Both the position numbers and the translations under genes were made by a program. DNA of 62,850 nt, the filler included, from Asterionella formosa (lineage: Eukaryota): NCBI GenBank assembly GCA_002256025.1. It is 22 parts of 22 records of this genome, joined end to end, with 100 filler letters (N's around TTAATTAATTAA, not from the genome) between each part and the next. Parts side by side here need not be neighbours in the genome. Positions count along the whole stretch, not along the records: positions 1 to 26,604 come from NKIB01001681.1; positions 26,705 to 28,333 come from NKIB01001691.1; positions 28,434 to 30,062 come from NKIB01001692.1; positions 30,163 to 31,791 come from NKIB01001693.1; positions 31,892 to 33,519 come from NKIB01001694.1; 17 more parts are not named here. One strand, 5' to 3'. Below are positions 22,401-32,171 of this stretch, piece after piece. How positions within the stretch are numbered: the stretch's first letter is position 1; every line of letters begins with the position of its first letter. The notes under the pieces were generated by a model that saw only the letters and a list, made by a program, of their open reading frames with translations, had not been told where the DNA came from and ran no database searches.

Positions 22401-22797
22401 AAGTGTTTGGTTGGTGCGACAAGACGCGCTGTAAAGCAGAGCTGGTAGAAGGTGCAAAGGGAAACGAAAGAGACGACGAAGACACGGCCGCAGTTAACGA
22501 AGTCGGAATGGGTGCAGAGTTCAACGCATCTGGCTTCGTCCACGTCGTGATCTGCCTCGCGTGATCGACGTAGAAGGGTCGCCCCGTTGTCGGATCATGC
22601 ATGACCTCCCAATTGGGATCTTGCTTCTTTTCTGGCAAAGGAGGAGGAGGAAGCTCTTCTTCGTCTTCTTCTATCCAACCAGAAGGGGGGTCCCATTGCG
22701 TCTTTCTAGTCAAATGATTCGCATAGAAAACACGACCTGATCTGGGATCCTGGGATTTGACCCAGCCCGCTGCTGCCGCTGCGTTGCTGGATGTCAT
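16408..22797 (-). CDS. Large WW-WW-FYVE zinc finger protein with a long ARM/HEAT-like helical region
   Basis: Uninterrupted 2129-aa ORF. WW1 is GWVKSQDPRSGRVFYANHLTRKTQWDPP and WW2 is NWEVMHDPTTGRPFYVDHARQITTWTKP. The FYVE reads CPHC...RRHHCRLCGDVFCDACS...VRVCDFC. The rest is Leu/Ala-rich amphipathic repeats typical of ARM folds. Confidence 0.92.
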   Translation of the reverse strand: MTSSNAAAAAGWVKSQDPRSGRVFYANHLTRKTQWDPPSGWIEEDEEELPPPPLPEKKQDPNWEVMHDPTTGRPFYVDHARQITTWTKPDALNSAPIPTSLTAAVSSSSLSFPFAPSTSSALQRVLSHQPNTSSSYTTKPDPSTSNLTHRSSFQEAAYYHSHTPVDVDFSDSLPNLEFKVKKVTDALRRDCPHCDVLFTIRNRRHHCRLCGDVFCDACSNHRVTLPLEGPEFEKAVRVCDFCFEDVDKGNFFSMRRYLTPLTLYEPGKMGPTESEEDAEDTSVATAKNVAAALSALTSDLDGMLQSSSGFEEKMTIPVNVLIPAIVKHLSLRSTSDRAVRAIASLLALGSIVNNMDFCHAIYLYGGQQAIDDILTLLERSGSDRKTLFIQEQAAQAIFYLTDSSMLTSLIPKQSQLRDELPNQDFGGVNSLDLPRAFRSMLDHSSASKNPNLQRWATACIGNLVVEDQRRTTIGSNDVAAAIATGQDRPDVTYESFLDQLVSTGGIMILCSLIGADDADTRAHAMGALGATLTATRAIDRSLGALYEMTGGQAGRQQEKDGDIVRAIVNGGGCGPSLSQLLLSADNGVAGMGLGFASSLVLPLLEDPRGTATLVENYDCTNDKDGLGASREAALAIATGSCLPALLSLMKDPETGGRMKRPLELKKRGMEALAAIIMAISEMGKASPHLMQKAVDAMTEEGVIPVILAVLESSSSQSLSSDTPSSRIRECAGMILAALAQCSGDAIAELKSCHAVSSMLAAMSDPCMAATSTLRGDGAPRCLGMLQTATVLLSMSWHNGESSSELVDTLLETIDAGTISTLSRILFDKMDWESQDKAVGAMKARDVACRMLCVIYGIAGMDEKGMGQNRLYEVVDSDAYSRKPPRNIMTGALAILQKSTMLARNALMGQLNYGPHYHAALMDLVESSLQCVGSMCGSTLIPGSEYLAKIGDLTPQENSFKVRKQEVCGVACDIIVMSQERGQSSLLPAMLVGGFGEGTLLASLRLSLAIAQNGSLEHHAKLAMSGILVPISDSLRNALSQGDIFKFSACLTLVRFCGPHVAAGEGNGLQSVREAIKVATSVLTIPVDPYMPMEELERHESIKAECISALEALSSNASLWSSISKDALPAIVTYLHSACDSGREDGKDTRCAALRAIMQIVQLPSHAVSAARVGLAEPLGKMVGQCATGTALADGDDEMPMLALEVLHVIATNEEARREARFLECGVIKAVCHALGNAATETPRKPTDSRADITFWGLEILHLFLSDLESAPGGIHMVLQSPVVSKLVAIVASEPLFIKAMCSTLLLRTQMKFVRSDEDADEGEMLEIARSYGPPFVLVQEHCLHYDTTHHAALALLFSLCVYACAIENNASDAFWNTLLLRNGKNAGIDQETAATMCAHYLHLLLDDIKGPFFPIDEKKSSDFLSITRPLVRYRLLEGLKDGLVHHTKDPYMISMLVAFEVPQMCLTIWQDPSLIDLAFDIIKIMVTSHEDDLLHIFVKTKSTLLSLFDMLNVDHTVDISSSQVGEIRRVIASILGSLAENGLLTQSVEKFSVKSSAVSALAAACLADEGNKEDEDGELEATSSTMSSRCMQCLVELCTVDEGEKKVMQLSSDESTAIALRLGTKICQMVTSRFIERARLQQYDVDDVDDVMEAPDVKMLCAIAQHPSGLQVIASIGGLHALSLIAAEGELSAIFALKHACKENPSILLDVDGHVSIMKLIVGSQHHDTHNVATMRKVEGAAFSVLADLSLSSKGRRAVTTKDEFEICTTRAIQLITSLVKVITPEDDIVVTSDQVKNQGMDGPGRVDNEDGTAEVEPQRHTLAIKTQAKGFVKGCSMTKVNPGLGCSELEVAALAFLTNIILVRECRERTLKDQEFLSAVLVLTSDSKTHVDLRSQTTTFLVKAVPFASTSESMESLFIFKLAIALNDALQLTSSNLLKSAVAEGLGRIFPDLPLVHQCPIVESLIPQWITLIRTFTVARIMGSEADREHGSLFAYHISHILMVAYNIDALRTVVAKKDVLVSMINLTQWRYDSAKSMLVDDDQLQWEAATSNSLQIVASVMCGTESSQLKLGVLPKTLMMTPLMIARPGKAPRKACDFSTALKRVIEAKKDAGSYMCAKRILETAIE

Positions 22798-23555
22798 TCT
22801 GGCGCCGCAAAATATGCTATGTACTGACCGTTAGGAGTGCTTCTACCCGTTTAATGGAAGGAGGCGACGAACGCGTGCGCAGAATAGGGCAAGGAATTAG
22901 TAATCAGAGCTTTCCAATCAATAGGCTGATGTAATGACAGCGAGAACGTTGTTCGGTAATGAATGTGATGACACGAGTGAAACTCACATTTACATAATAC
23001 CGGTAAGAATATAAAAATAAATTAACTGATGGACTACCGGTATAACAATAAAACATTGGACATGACGATGGATATTGTGAATACAGGTAGTCTACTGGAT
23101 TACGAAGAAAAATAGCTACATGTATACATGTTACCTGGTATCAGGTAACGTAGCAGTCAGAACGCCGCCTTCGCTTCTTGTGCCGTTCGCATGCTTTTGG
23201 TTTTCTATCGATGCATCGAGAACATCGTTGAATCGAAGGCATAATACACATAGCTATTAATTCATGCCGGTGTATGATATACCGGTACCTGGTACCAGGT
23301 ATACATATTACCTGTACATGCATGAGAATGTTGCTGATCACGTGTGTATTGGCTATCCATATTATTTGTGTTGCATATAACGACAACGGCACGACACGCG
23401 AATCATCCTCAACAAGGTTCACAATGTACTAGATACCTGGTACCTAGTAGTCAACCGGTATAAATATACAGTACAAGAGAAGGGTTGTGAAACAACCTGG
23501 TACCAGGGTACCCTTATACCCAGGTACCTGGTCTACCGGTGGTGGTACCCTGGTA

Positions 23556-23651
23556 CCAGCAAGTTGCGGTAATTTTGCTGAAACTAAAGGTTTATCTATC
23601 TTTATCCTAGATTAAAATGTTAGTTTAAGCAAAGTGACCGCAACTTGCAGG
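23556..23651. mobile_element. 96-bp hairpin MITE-like element with TA on both sides
   Basis: The arms GCAAGTTGCGGTAATTTTGCTGAAACTAA (23559-23587) and TTAGTTTAAGCAAAGTGACCGCAACTTGC (23620-23648) pair with 3 mismatches. TA is at 23554-55 and 23652-53. Confidence 0.7.
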
Positions 23652-23657
23652 TACCTG

Positions 23658-23780
23658 GTGAGCATAACGGCGCATCAATACAGATGTATATAGGGCTAGC
23701 GTTATATCATATGTATCACAACTCAATAATGAGAGAGCTCAACTAACCCTTATTGAATACTTTGGTGTTGACTTAGAGAA
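23658..23780 (+). repeat. Dispersed repeat family: partial direct copy at 24343-24396, inverted copy at ~31892-31993
   Basis: A TATATAG.G.TAG.GTTATATCATAT.TAT...AACTCAA core is present at all three sites. CATCAATACAGATG is shared with the inverted copy. Confidence 0.75.
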
Positions 23781-25759
23781 TGAGTTGCACACAAGGATTA
23801 ACAAATAAGCTCATACATTCAACAAATACTACTACTTCTAGTTAGATACTTCACTTTGAATTCAAAAAGAGTCCAATTAGATTAATAATGTTGACCCATC
23901 GGTCCCATTGATGAAGGATAACAACATACTAAACATCAAGGCTCATCCTCTTTGTGTATCCCTACCAGGTTGATGTTTGGAGTCTTTCAACCAAGAAATG
24001 ATCAATGGACACTCAGTGGAAGCTTGTTGATTGATTTCAGTAAATCCTGTCCATGAGATGGCAACACTGATATATCCACCATACCAGACATGGTATTTTG
24101 TGCAAATCCATCATAATTAAACCATCTGGACAAATAAGCAAACTTGAAAAATATCAAGACCTGCTGGTACTTCTGTTGCAGGATACAAGCTGATGGATTA
24201 AATTTTGGGAGCATCATGTTGTATGAAAAAGTACTGGCAAAGGAAGAAAAGGACCTGCTATTCATGGTACCATATACCGGTATTAATTATAAATGTTCGA
24301 TAGACAACGACGATCTACCATGTAGTACACTGAATTATTCGGTATATAGGGTTAGAGTTATATCATATATATGAGAACTCAATAATCAGAGAACTCTAGG
24401 TAGCTACCACCTAAAAACTGAAAGTCAACGTTTGAAAGATTTTGAACTGAGAGTGAACGTTAAATCGAGTAAATTTGCGTTTTGGGCTAAATGTGCTAGA
24501 TACGAACATTATTAATCAAGCAATGTTGTAGCAATTTATGTACTAACCAATAATGATCATGCTTTGAACTCGTCAATTAGCTAGCATTACTTCCGTATTT
24601 GGTCCCAAAGGATGCTGTCGACAAGAAATGAAATAAAAAAGCTAAATTAATTTTTACTCCTTTCAGCTGGCATCACCTTTAATATATGTATACAGGTATT
24701 AGAAATTATTTCTGTTTGTAGATTCATTTCGTGGATAATTCTTGCTCTTGATTTCCTCAGCTACATGAAGTCTAACTACCTTGCTCAGCAAGCACTTTTT
24801 GTAAGTTCATCGATTGCACTTGCTGTCTGTGATTGCTGATGGACTCCTCTCCTGAAGCCCCATCAATCTCTTCTCATGCAGCATGTTGGTAGAGTAAAGC
24901 AATCCTTGTTTGCAACATGAGATAAATCGAAATTTCTTTTAGCTGAGCAGTTTCTGCACTGCTCCAGTTTTGGGAAAGGAAAATAGGTTAGTTGCCATTC
25001 ACTTTCCCCTGGACTTACATCTATCTCATATGAAACCATGCAACAAACCGATTTTGAATTGCAACTTTCGAACCAGAACTTGATACATTTTTCTTCATGT
25101 GGTCGCCTTGCTTATTTAAAGTATTACACCATAGAGACTTGACCATGATTCGTGCTTCCTCTGTTCCCAAGTTTCGGATTTGGTCAACTGACAATATCTT
25201 CAGGTTGCTTGGTAGCGGCCTTACATTTGACACATACTTTAACAGAGCAGTGTCACGGAAGTCTAATGGAGCGTTTCCAGAGAGGCACCAGGAGATGGGA
25301 ATGCACCCCTTTCTGTATCTGTTGCAGCAGAAGATGCATGAGATCAATGTAAAAACTGATTTTCTTCAAGTTATGAGGGAAGGAGGAGTGAGGCGCCTTG
25401 CAACAGATTCATCAGCGTTCACTGTCCCTCCAGGAGATCTTTGTTGCGTAAAAGCCTTGAGCTTTGTGATCCACTAGACATCAGGAATGATTCTTTGCTG
25501 CCAGGAGACAGAGGAGGACAGCTGTTCCATGTTGTAACCACCATGTTTGAAAGGAAAAGTGGCTGGTTGTTGGAAGTAGCCAACATTGAAAAATATGCTG
25601 ATGATGCTAAAAATCGTCATGAATAATTTATAATTTTATATTACGCTATTGTTAACGAACTCAACTTTGAGGAGGATGTGAAGTCGCACCTGGCCCCCCA
25701 GCCAGGGCCTAAAACCTGCTTCTTGTCTGCCACACAGCGCCCCGGATCCCTGGGGACTA

Positions 25760-26108
25760 CATAAACAAAATTGCAACTCACTTTAAACACGCTTTCTAAA
25801 ACCATGGAGTAACACGTGGAATTTCATAGCATGGCCTGCTGACCACCAGTCTGTGTGCTTCCCTAGTTTTATGAGCATAGGTGAGTCCCCAACCATCTTC
25901 CGCAAAAGGTGATTTTCTTAGCCTCAGCGTTAGGGGAAACTCTGACTGCATAGGAAGGCGGCACACTTCTTGTAGGGGGGAAACCCACTTTTCCTTGCAC
26001 ACCAGGCATACAGACTTGTCAGCAGGCTGTGCTATGAAAATTCCACGTGTACCTCCATGGTATTACTAGAAAGCGTGTTAAAATTGAGTTTCAATTTTTA
26101 TGCCACTG
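25760..26108. mobile_element. Long-arm inverted repeat / MITE-like element (~95-bp imperfect arms, ~150-bp spacer)
   Basis: 25760-25858 is the imperfect reverse complement of 26006-26102 (AACACGCTTTCTA, CCATGGAG, ACACGTGGAATTT, CATAGCA, GCCTGCTGAC). The right end reads CAGTGGCAT on the minus strand, which is hAT-like. Confidence 0.75.
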
Positions 26109-26704
26109 TGTATTCATGACAGTTTGGTTCTGAACGTGAATTTAATTAAGTTTTTGCCAAACATTCTCTGGGGGAAATAAAGCCAGAGAAGTTAGCCAAA
26201 GTGTAATTAGTGAAGGAAAGAATTGATGTGAGATACATCCAGAACCTGAATGATATGTGTAATATTTATATTAGCATTAAGCTCATATTTTGCCATTGCT
26301 GATCCATATACTTTAGTTACTCAATGAAGCATTGACTGGTATTGTCATTACTGAGACTGGTGTGCTTATCTGAGCCTGTTAAATATTGAACGAAATGTTT
26401 TAAAACATGAAATTTTGGTGCTAATCTTACGCTGGAATACAAATCCCTGTATCCGCAACCAGACAAAATAATTACTCCAGCAATGATGATGAAGAATCCT
26501 TCACAATCTCCAAAATTATTTCACCTCTGTATATATCATGTACACATTCCTATTTTCGATTTGCTCTTTCAGGAATGCCAGAATTGTCCGCAATCACATC
26601 CATCNNNNNNNNNNNNNNNNNNNNNNNNNNNNNNNNNNNNNNNNNNNNTTAATTAATTAANNNNNNNNNNNNNNNNNNNNNNNNNNNNNNNNNNNNNNNN
26701 NNNN

Positions 26705-27274
26705 TGTTCTCGCTTAAGCTCCAATTTAGTCTCAACTTTCTCATCAAGTTCACTCTGTTTCTCCAAATCAAACTTGGCAGCAAGTGCAAAGGCAGCAACT
26801 GCTCCAAAATCAATGGCCAAGTTCGTATACTACAAAAGTTGAAACGAAACGAAACAGTGAGTTGCATATAATATTGATGGACAATTCAACGTGGGAAATT
26901 CAAAGCATCCATTTTCCTCTGCCTACCTCAGTAGTAAGGTCCAAATCAGATCTGGCTCCACTCATAGCTGCCAGTGCCCCTGCCAAAGTGATGAACCCAC
27001 CAACTGCTGCACCACTTCCGAGTGATCCATATAAAAAGAGACGAAGAGTTCTCCATGGGGCAATCGACTCAGCAAGAAGTCTACTGCGAACTGCAGGATC
27101 CATCTTTGTCGCTTTCTTGGATTTGGGTATTTCATTGTCGTTGCCTTTGTCTTGTGCCATTTTTTTAACGACAAAAGGAGGCAGTGAATGTCGCGTGATG
27201 GTGGGAGATACAAAGGCTTGACTGCCCCATGAGGCGGAGAGAGCCATTAAAAGAATTGCCGTCAATCGGAACAT
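26705..27274 (-). CDS. Plastid-targeted thylakoid protein, LPA1/DUF3493-like (3'-partial; exons 27274-26927 and 26829-26705)
   Basis: Signal peptide plus ASAFAP-like cleavage site (MFRLTAILLMALSASWGSQA-FVSP). It has an RLLAESIAPWRTLRLFLY motif and TM helices. A 97-bp GTAGGC...CTCAC...TTGTAG intron splices in frame to YTNLAIDFGAVAAFALAAKFD. Confidence 0.8.
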
Positions 27275-27529
27275 GTTACGAAAACTAATATCAAGTAGCA
27301 ACGAGAGTGCGAGCCGAGATGATCTAATGCAATATATGTCGCCTATCACCTCCAAGGTCAGAAGCAATAATATAGCTAATCATGCATCTCGGAGTGAATG
27401 AATCAGCCGTCAATCATAATGTGTCGTCCTCATTTTATTGAAGGCGACACCTGAATCAAGATTTTTAGTCAAAGAGGTCAACGGAAGTGCCGGTGGCACG
27501 ACTACGTACCTTGTACCTGTGTGTACATC

Positions 27530-27805
27530 ACACCAGGTACAGTATGTAGCTATATAACTAGGTGGTACTACTATCGGTACCTGGTAGTCTACCAGTAGTC
27601 GTACATATTCAACAACTCGCAAACGCGTTTGTACCGGTAGCTGCCTCCTATACATTCGTGCCGGCAGACTCGCTTTGTTGCATGCACCACATCCAAATGG
27701 AGTTTGTCTGGTCCATACCTGGTACCTGGTACCAGGGCACCGTAGTCTACCAGGAGCTATGTACCGGTACGGTACCAGGTAATGGATTGCCAGTACCGGT
27801 ATACG
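27530..27805. repeat. Cluster of GGTACC/CCWGGTA palindromic motifs upstream of the LPA1-like gene
   Basis: CCAGGTAC, GGTACCTGGTAG, TACCTGGTACCTGGTACCAGG, GTACCGGTACGGTACCAGGTA and GTACCGGTA. Confidence 0.7.
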
Positions 27806-28433
27806 GTCGTTAGTTAGTATGTTTAAGACTCTGCAGCCATATTTCCCGGTTCATCACGCCTGAAAACTATCATTGTTTTACAGTAGACCACAGACAAGTG
27901 GAATAAAAAAAATGTTCTTACTATAAGCAAAACCAGCTAAATATCTTTTTTACCGCAATTTGCTCTCTGCCTCTGATGGTCACAGGAGTGTCTCTGTGAT
28001 GTGCAAACACAGATGACTATAACTGATATGATGTGCAAAACACAAACACAGAAGACTTTTACTGATGGTATCAGGTACACCAAAATGTTGCAGATTATAC
28101 ACCGGTACCATTGGTGGGATGCGTCAAATTAGCTTACACCTTTTGTTGCCAAATCGAACTTACTGCGCTGTAGCATCAAGGCCACACCGCAACAACGAGA
28201 ATCGTTCCGCGGGATGACAAGACTATCGTTTGGTGTAGGCGATCGCGGGTACTCTGATTTTACACAATTGGTCCACAATGACGAGCTCCTTAGAGACGAT
28301 TCCGACAATTCAACGCTTTGCGAATTGAGACCANNNNNNNNNNNNNNNNNNNNNNNNNNNNNNNNNNNNNNNNNNNNTTAATTAATTAANNNNNNNNNNN
28401 NNNNNNNNNNNNNNNNNNNNNNNNNNNNNNNNN

Positions 28434-30062
28434 AGACATTGGCTGCTGGGGATGAAGTCTCATGCTGAAGCATCCAATGCTCGTGAAAATCGGTGCTTTG
28501 GAATGTTCCAGAGCTCTTCATTTTGTCGAAGATAGTATGTCTACATGGGATACCATATTTTGTGCTGAAGTTACATTCGCAAATTGAGTTTTCAACATTC
28601 TTGGCAGCTTTAAATTCCACCATGAACAAATCTAGGGCATGTTGCGACATTTTTCGATTCAATGCAACAATCATTGGGTTAGAATGCCGGTGGGTTATCT
28701 GCATTGTCTCTTTCCCTATCAAAGCATTAATCTCTGTGACTTGGTTGTCAAGCATTGCGTCTATCTTTTGAATAGACATAAGCAAGTCATTATTGATGTG
28801 TTTGAGATACTTCTTCAAAACAGAATGGTTGCCTTCAATTCTAGAAGTGGTAACTGACCCAAGATGGAGGTGTTTGTCTGCCCAACATTACATAAATTTT
28901 TCCTTTAAAGGAATCCAAATTCTGGCAATATAATCTAATGAATGTTTTGCAATAGAGTTGTACTTATCCTGGAAGACCTGCCAATTATGCTCGAAGTCAA
29001 TTTGTTTCCCAGAATAGAGGAGAGAATTCCAGTCGGACATAAAGTTTTTGAATCTTTCCTCAGAGTCCAATTTATCTGTCATTGTGTTTGTGAAAATATT
29101 GCTGTTGATATGCCAAATGCATAGCAAATGTATGCAATTTGGGAAAACACTATTAATGGCATTCATGAGCGCAAGCTCTCGGTCTGTGATTAGGAGTTTA
29201 GGCTCAACAATTGACCCAAATGCTTCAAGAGCCCATTGGTAATCTTCTTCTTTTTCGGCAGACAAAAAAGCAAAACCAGCATTGAATGTTTTGAAGGTGG
29301 AAGTGATCCCAACAATGTTCAGTAACGGCATCCCCAATCGATTTGTCTTGTAGGTACAATCCATCATAAACACATATTTGTACCTGCATGAGAAAGCCAG
29401 CATGTTGTCCTTCGAGAAAAACAATGCTTTCAAATTGCCATTATCGCCTAGTTTCACTTTAAAAGTATATCCACCAGACGAAATCAAATCATAGAGTGCT
29501 TGTACTGGGGTTCTCCCACTGAGGAATTCTTTCCTTGCAGCTGCCTTCTCATTCGAAATTTCTCTTGCTGTTGTTAGTTCGTTGCCTGTTGTAAACTTCA
29601 AGTGAGTCTGGATTTGTGAGCTGGTCACCCCAGCTTAGGCCATATCTCGGACAATCGCTTTCTCCACCTCTGTCAATCTTCTTGCTGCCGAGTACCCAGC
29701 AACATGCTCAGTGATTTCATGGTTGTGATCTGGAACAGTTTCGCCTTTAAAAGTCCACAACTTCATCTTCTTGCTGTATGTGGCTTTGGCCTTGAAAGGG
29801 CAATCTGTCAATTTTGAGCTGGTTTTTCTTTGCCGAGTTTCATCAGTCAGATCAAGGCGGTTATCATAGACTCCTCCATGATAGCATCCGAAGATAATTC
29901 GTCTACTGTCACTGCCTTTGTACAACTTCAAAAACACGTTCATATCCTTATAATACTTGGTAACAGCTTCAATGCATTTTTCCCGAGAATCAAATGTGAC
30001 TTGATCCATTAGATTGATGTCGGATAAATTTTCATCTCCCTCCTCTGTATTGTCCCCAATAG
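28434..30062 (-). mobile_element. Mutator/MULE (FAR1-like) transposase, disrupted by two in-frame TAA stops
   Basis: One frame throughout: CYHGG...KLTDCPF...HNH, then MDCTYKTNRLGMPL, ITDRELAL, HLLCIWHI, TTSRIEGNH and the SWIM finger CECNFSTKYGIPCRH. Stops are at 29635-37 and 28888-90. Confidence 0.92.
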
Positions 30063-30162
30063 NNNNNNNNNNNNNNNNNNNNNNNNNNNNNNNNNNNNNN
30101 NNNNNNTTAATTAATTAANNNNNNNNNNNNNNNNNNNNNNNNNNNNNNNNNNNNNNNNNNNN

Positions 30163-31198
30163 AGCACCTCGACAACCCAGGCGAAACGCACTGGCAAGCA
30201 TTGGAACGCCTACTCGGGTATTTGTGTCTACATGGGGACATTGCATGCAGAATGAAACTACGTGCTCCCAACGAGCTACGTATTCAAGATGTCGTGGATA
30301 GCCCCTTCGCCTCTAATCCTGATACCGGTACACGAAAGAGTGTCAGCGGTTATTTAGGCACGATCGAAGGGTGCGCCCTAACTCACTGGATATCAAAAGG
30401 ACAGGATATCGTAACGCAATCAAGCACCGAGTTTGAATATGTCGCACTCATTCAGTAACGGCTCAAAGGAAACTGTCTTCGGAACGAATCTACTGGGAGA
30501 AATAACCACTATCGTGATGCCTAGCCTAATGGGTGAGGACAATACCGGCGCGATTTATTTAACGAAAAATCATCAGGTCGGGGCACGTACAAAACACATC
30601 GATGTAAGATACCACTATGTACGAGAACAAGTCGAAAACGGAACGATTAAGGTTGACTACGTCAATACGGAAAAGAATCCTGCAGATGTCCTAACTAAAA
30701 ATGTCACGGACAAGATAATGAACATGCACGGATACGCGATCCAAAACGGGATGATGGATTGTTGGAACAAGGAGAGTGTTAATGTGAGCTCATCTACGTA
30801 GTTAGGACTCGGAGTCAAACGAGTCAAACGATTCGAATGAGTCCACTTTGATGTACCAAGCTCTCATCAACCACACATTATACCTTGTTACTGCGACTAT
30901 AATGAGCAGGACAATAAAAGCTATTTTGGAAGACCGATAGTTTGAAAATGAATGATCATGGTTAAATACCTATGATCAGTAAGTGTGAGATAGACATGGG
31001 TCTATCTATGATTGTATGTTTCTAGAAATGCAAACAGCATTTGGAGAATAGTTTGTTTGTTTGTTCAAACAGAACAACCTAAACTAGATTAGTAAACTCA
31101 CAATAAGAATATAGAAACTGAGAGAGAAACGAACGTCTCTATCTATAGTCTTCTTTGTCTAACGATATAGATCTATACAAAAAGGTAATACTTTAACA
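30163..31198 (+). mobile_element. pol: Ty1/Copia 3' end: RT/RNase H (frameshifted), PPT and 3' LTR
   Basis: HWQALERLLGYL, VDSPFA, RKSVSG, SSTEFEYVAL / EDNTGAI, RTKHIDVRYHYVRE and NPADVLTK. There is a 4-bp insertion frameshift near 30450. The purine tract AAGGAGAG is followed by TG. Confidence 0.92.
30777..31198 (+). repeat. Copia 3' LTR (422 bp)
   Basis: Starts TGTTAA right after the PPT and ends ACTTTAACA. The sister copy at 51478-51895 has perfect 9-bp terminal inverted repeats TGTTAAAGT...ACTTTAACA. Confidence 0.8.
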
Positions 31199-32094
31199 TT
31201 GATTATGGTCATAATCATGTATACTGATCAGAACACACACGTTCATTCGCAGTAGCATTGACATGCTTATTATTGTGGTCATTATTTATATAGAATAAGT
31301 GAAATGCCTTATGCTGAAAATTTAGAACAACCAAGATGAACATCCACTTGATTGTCCAAAGGAATCAAAGTAACAAATACTTGCACCACAGCACCTTGTA
31401 GACATTCAATTTCTGCTGATGATGCAAACAAATCTTCCATCCTAACTTCCCACTCATCTTCCATAATGGCACCACTGGCATTGGTAAAAGCCAACGTGGC
31501 ATTATCAGGGTGATGGTGCTCATCATACAGGTCCCACAAATCTTGCTAGCACCACCTCCTTGCCAAGGCCAGACCCACTTGAAATCATTGTAGCAACACC
31601 TGATTTTAAGATCATCAAACTTTTGAAAATGACAACAGTTATCTAGTAGTACAATGCCTTCAAAAAACCATAAAGAGGTTTTTGGAAACAAGTGACATTT
31701 GGTAAATACTGCCAGTATGGAACAAAGAAGCAAGTACCAAAATGAGTTCACAAAGAAAAAGCGAATTGGCAATTATCCAAAGGAACCCAATNNNNNNNNN
31801 NNNNNNNNNNNNNNNNNNNNNNNNNNNNNNNNNNNTTAATTAATTAANNNNNNNNNNNNNNNNNNNNNNNNNNNNNNNNNNNNNNNNNNNNTTCTCTTAG
31901 TTGATGTATACAATACGTGTTAGTTGAGTTCTGATACATATGATATAACACTAACACTATATACATCTGTATTGATGTGTGGGATTGCTCACTCTCCCAC
32001 ACTAAGGTAAAAACTTTTACCAATGAAAAGGTTTGATACGAAGAATATTAATTTGTTCTTTAATATGCACACAGCATACTTCACTGTACTGGAC

Positions 32095-32171
32095 CCCCTG
32101 TACATTTTTTCGAGGTGGCACCAAAAACCCAATATTTTCTAGACAAAGACAAAGTAATGTGCTATGATTCT
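32095..32171 (+). repeat. Dispersed repeat, copy of 6705-6782
   Basis: Direct alignment by eye to 6705-6782. Confidence 0.75.

Noticed and set aside
16366..22543. Many short ORFs overlapping the 2129-aa gene (similarly inside the GT and pol ORFs)
   Set aside because: They are antisense or off-frame shadows of long coding regions with no independent motifs.
6641..26108. CAGTGGCATA...TATGCCACTG as TIRs of one 19.5-kb hAT element carrying host genes
   Set aside because: The match is only ~13 of 15 bp and the flanking 8-mers differ (no TSD). These are more likely ends of separate elements.
28434..30062. Alternative genetic code (TAA=Gln) to explain the in-frame stops
   Set aside because: Host genes here end in TAA (8874-8876, 16102-16104, 52918-52920), and long ORFs contain no internal TAA.
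31309..31772. Host CDS flanking the LTR (also 50885-51367)
   Set aside because: It consists of short frameshifted segments with no recognisable domain, so I cannot support a product call.
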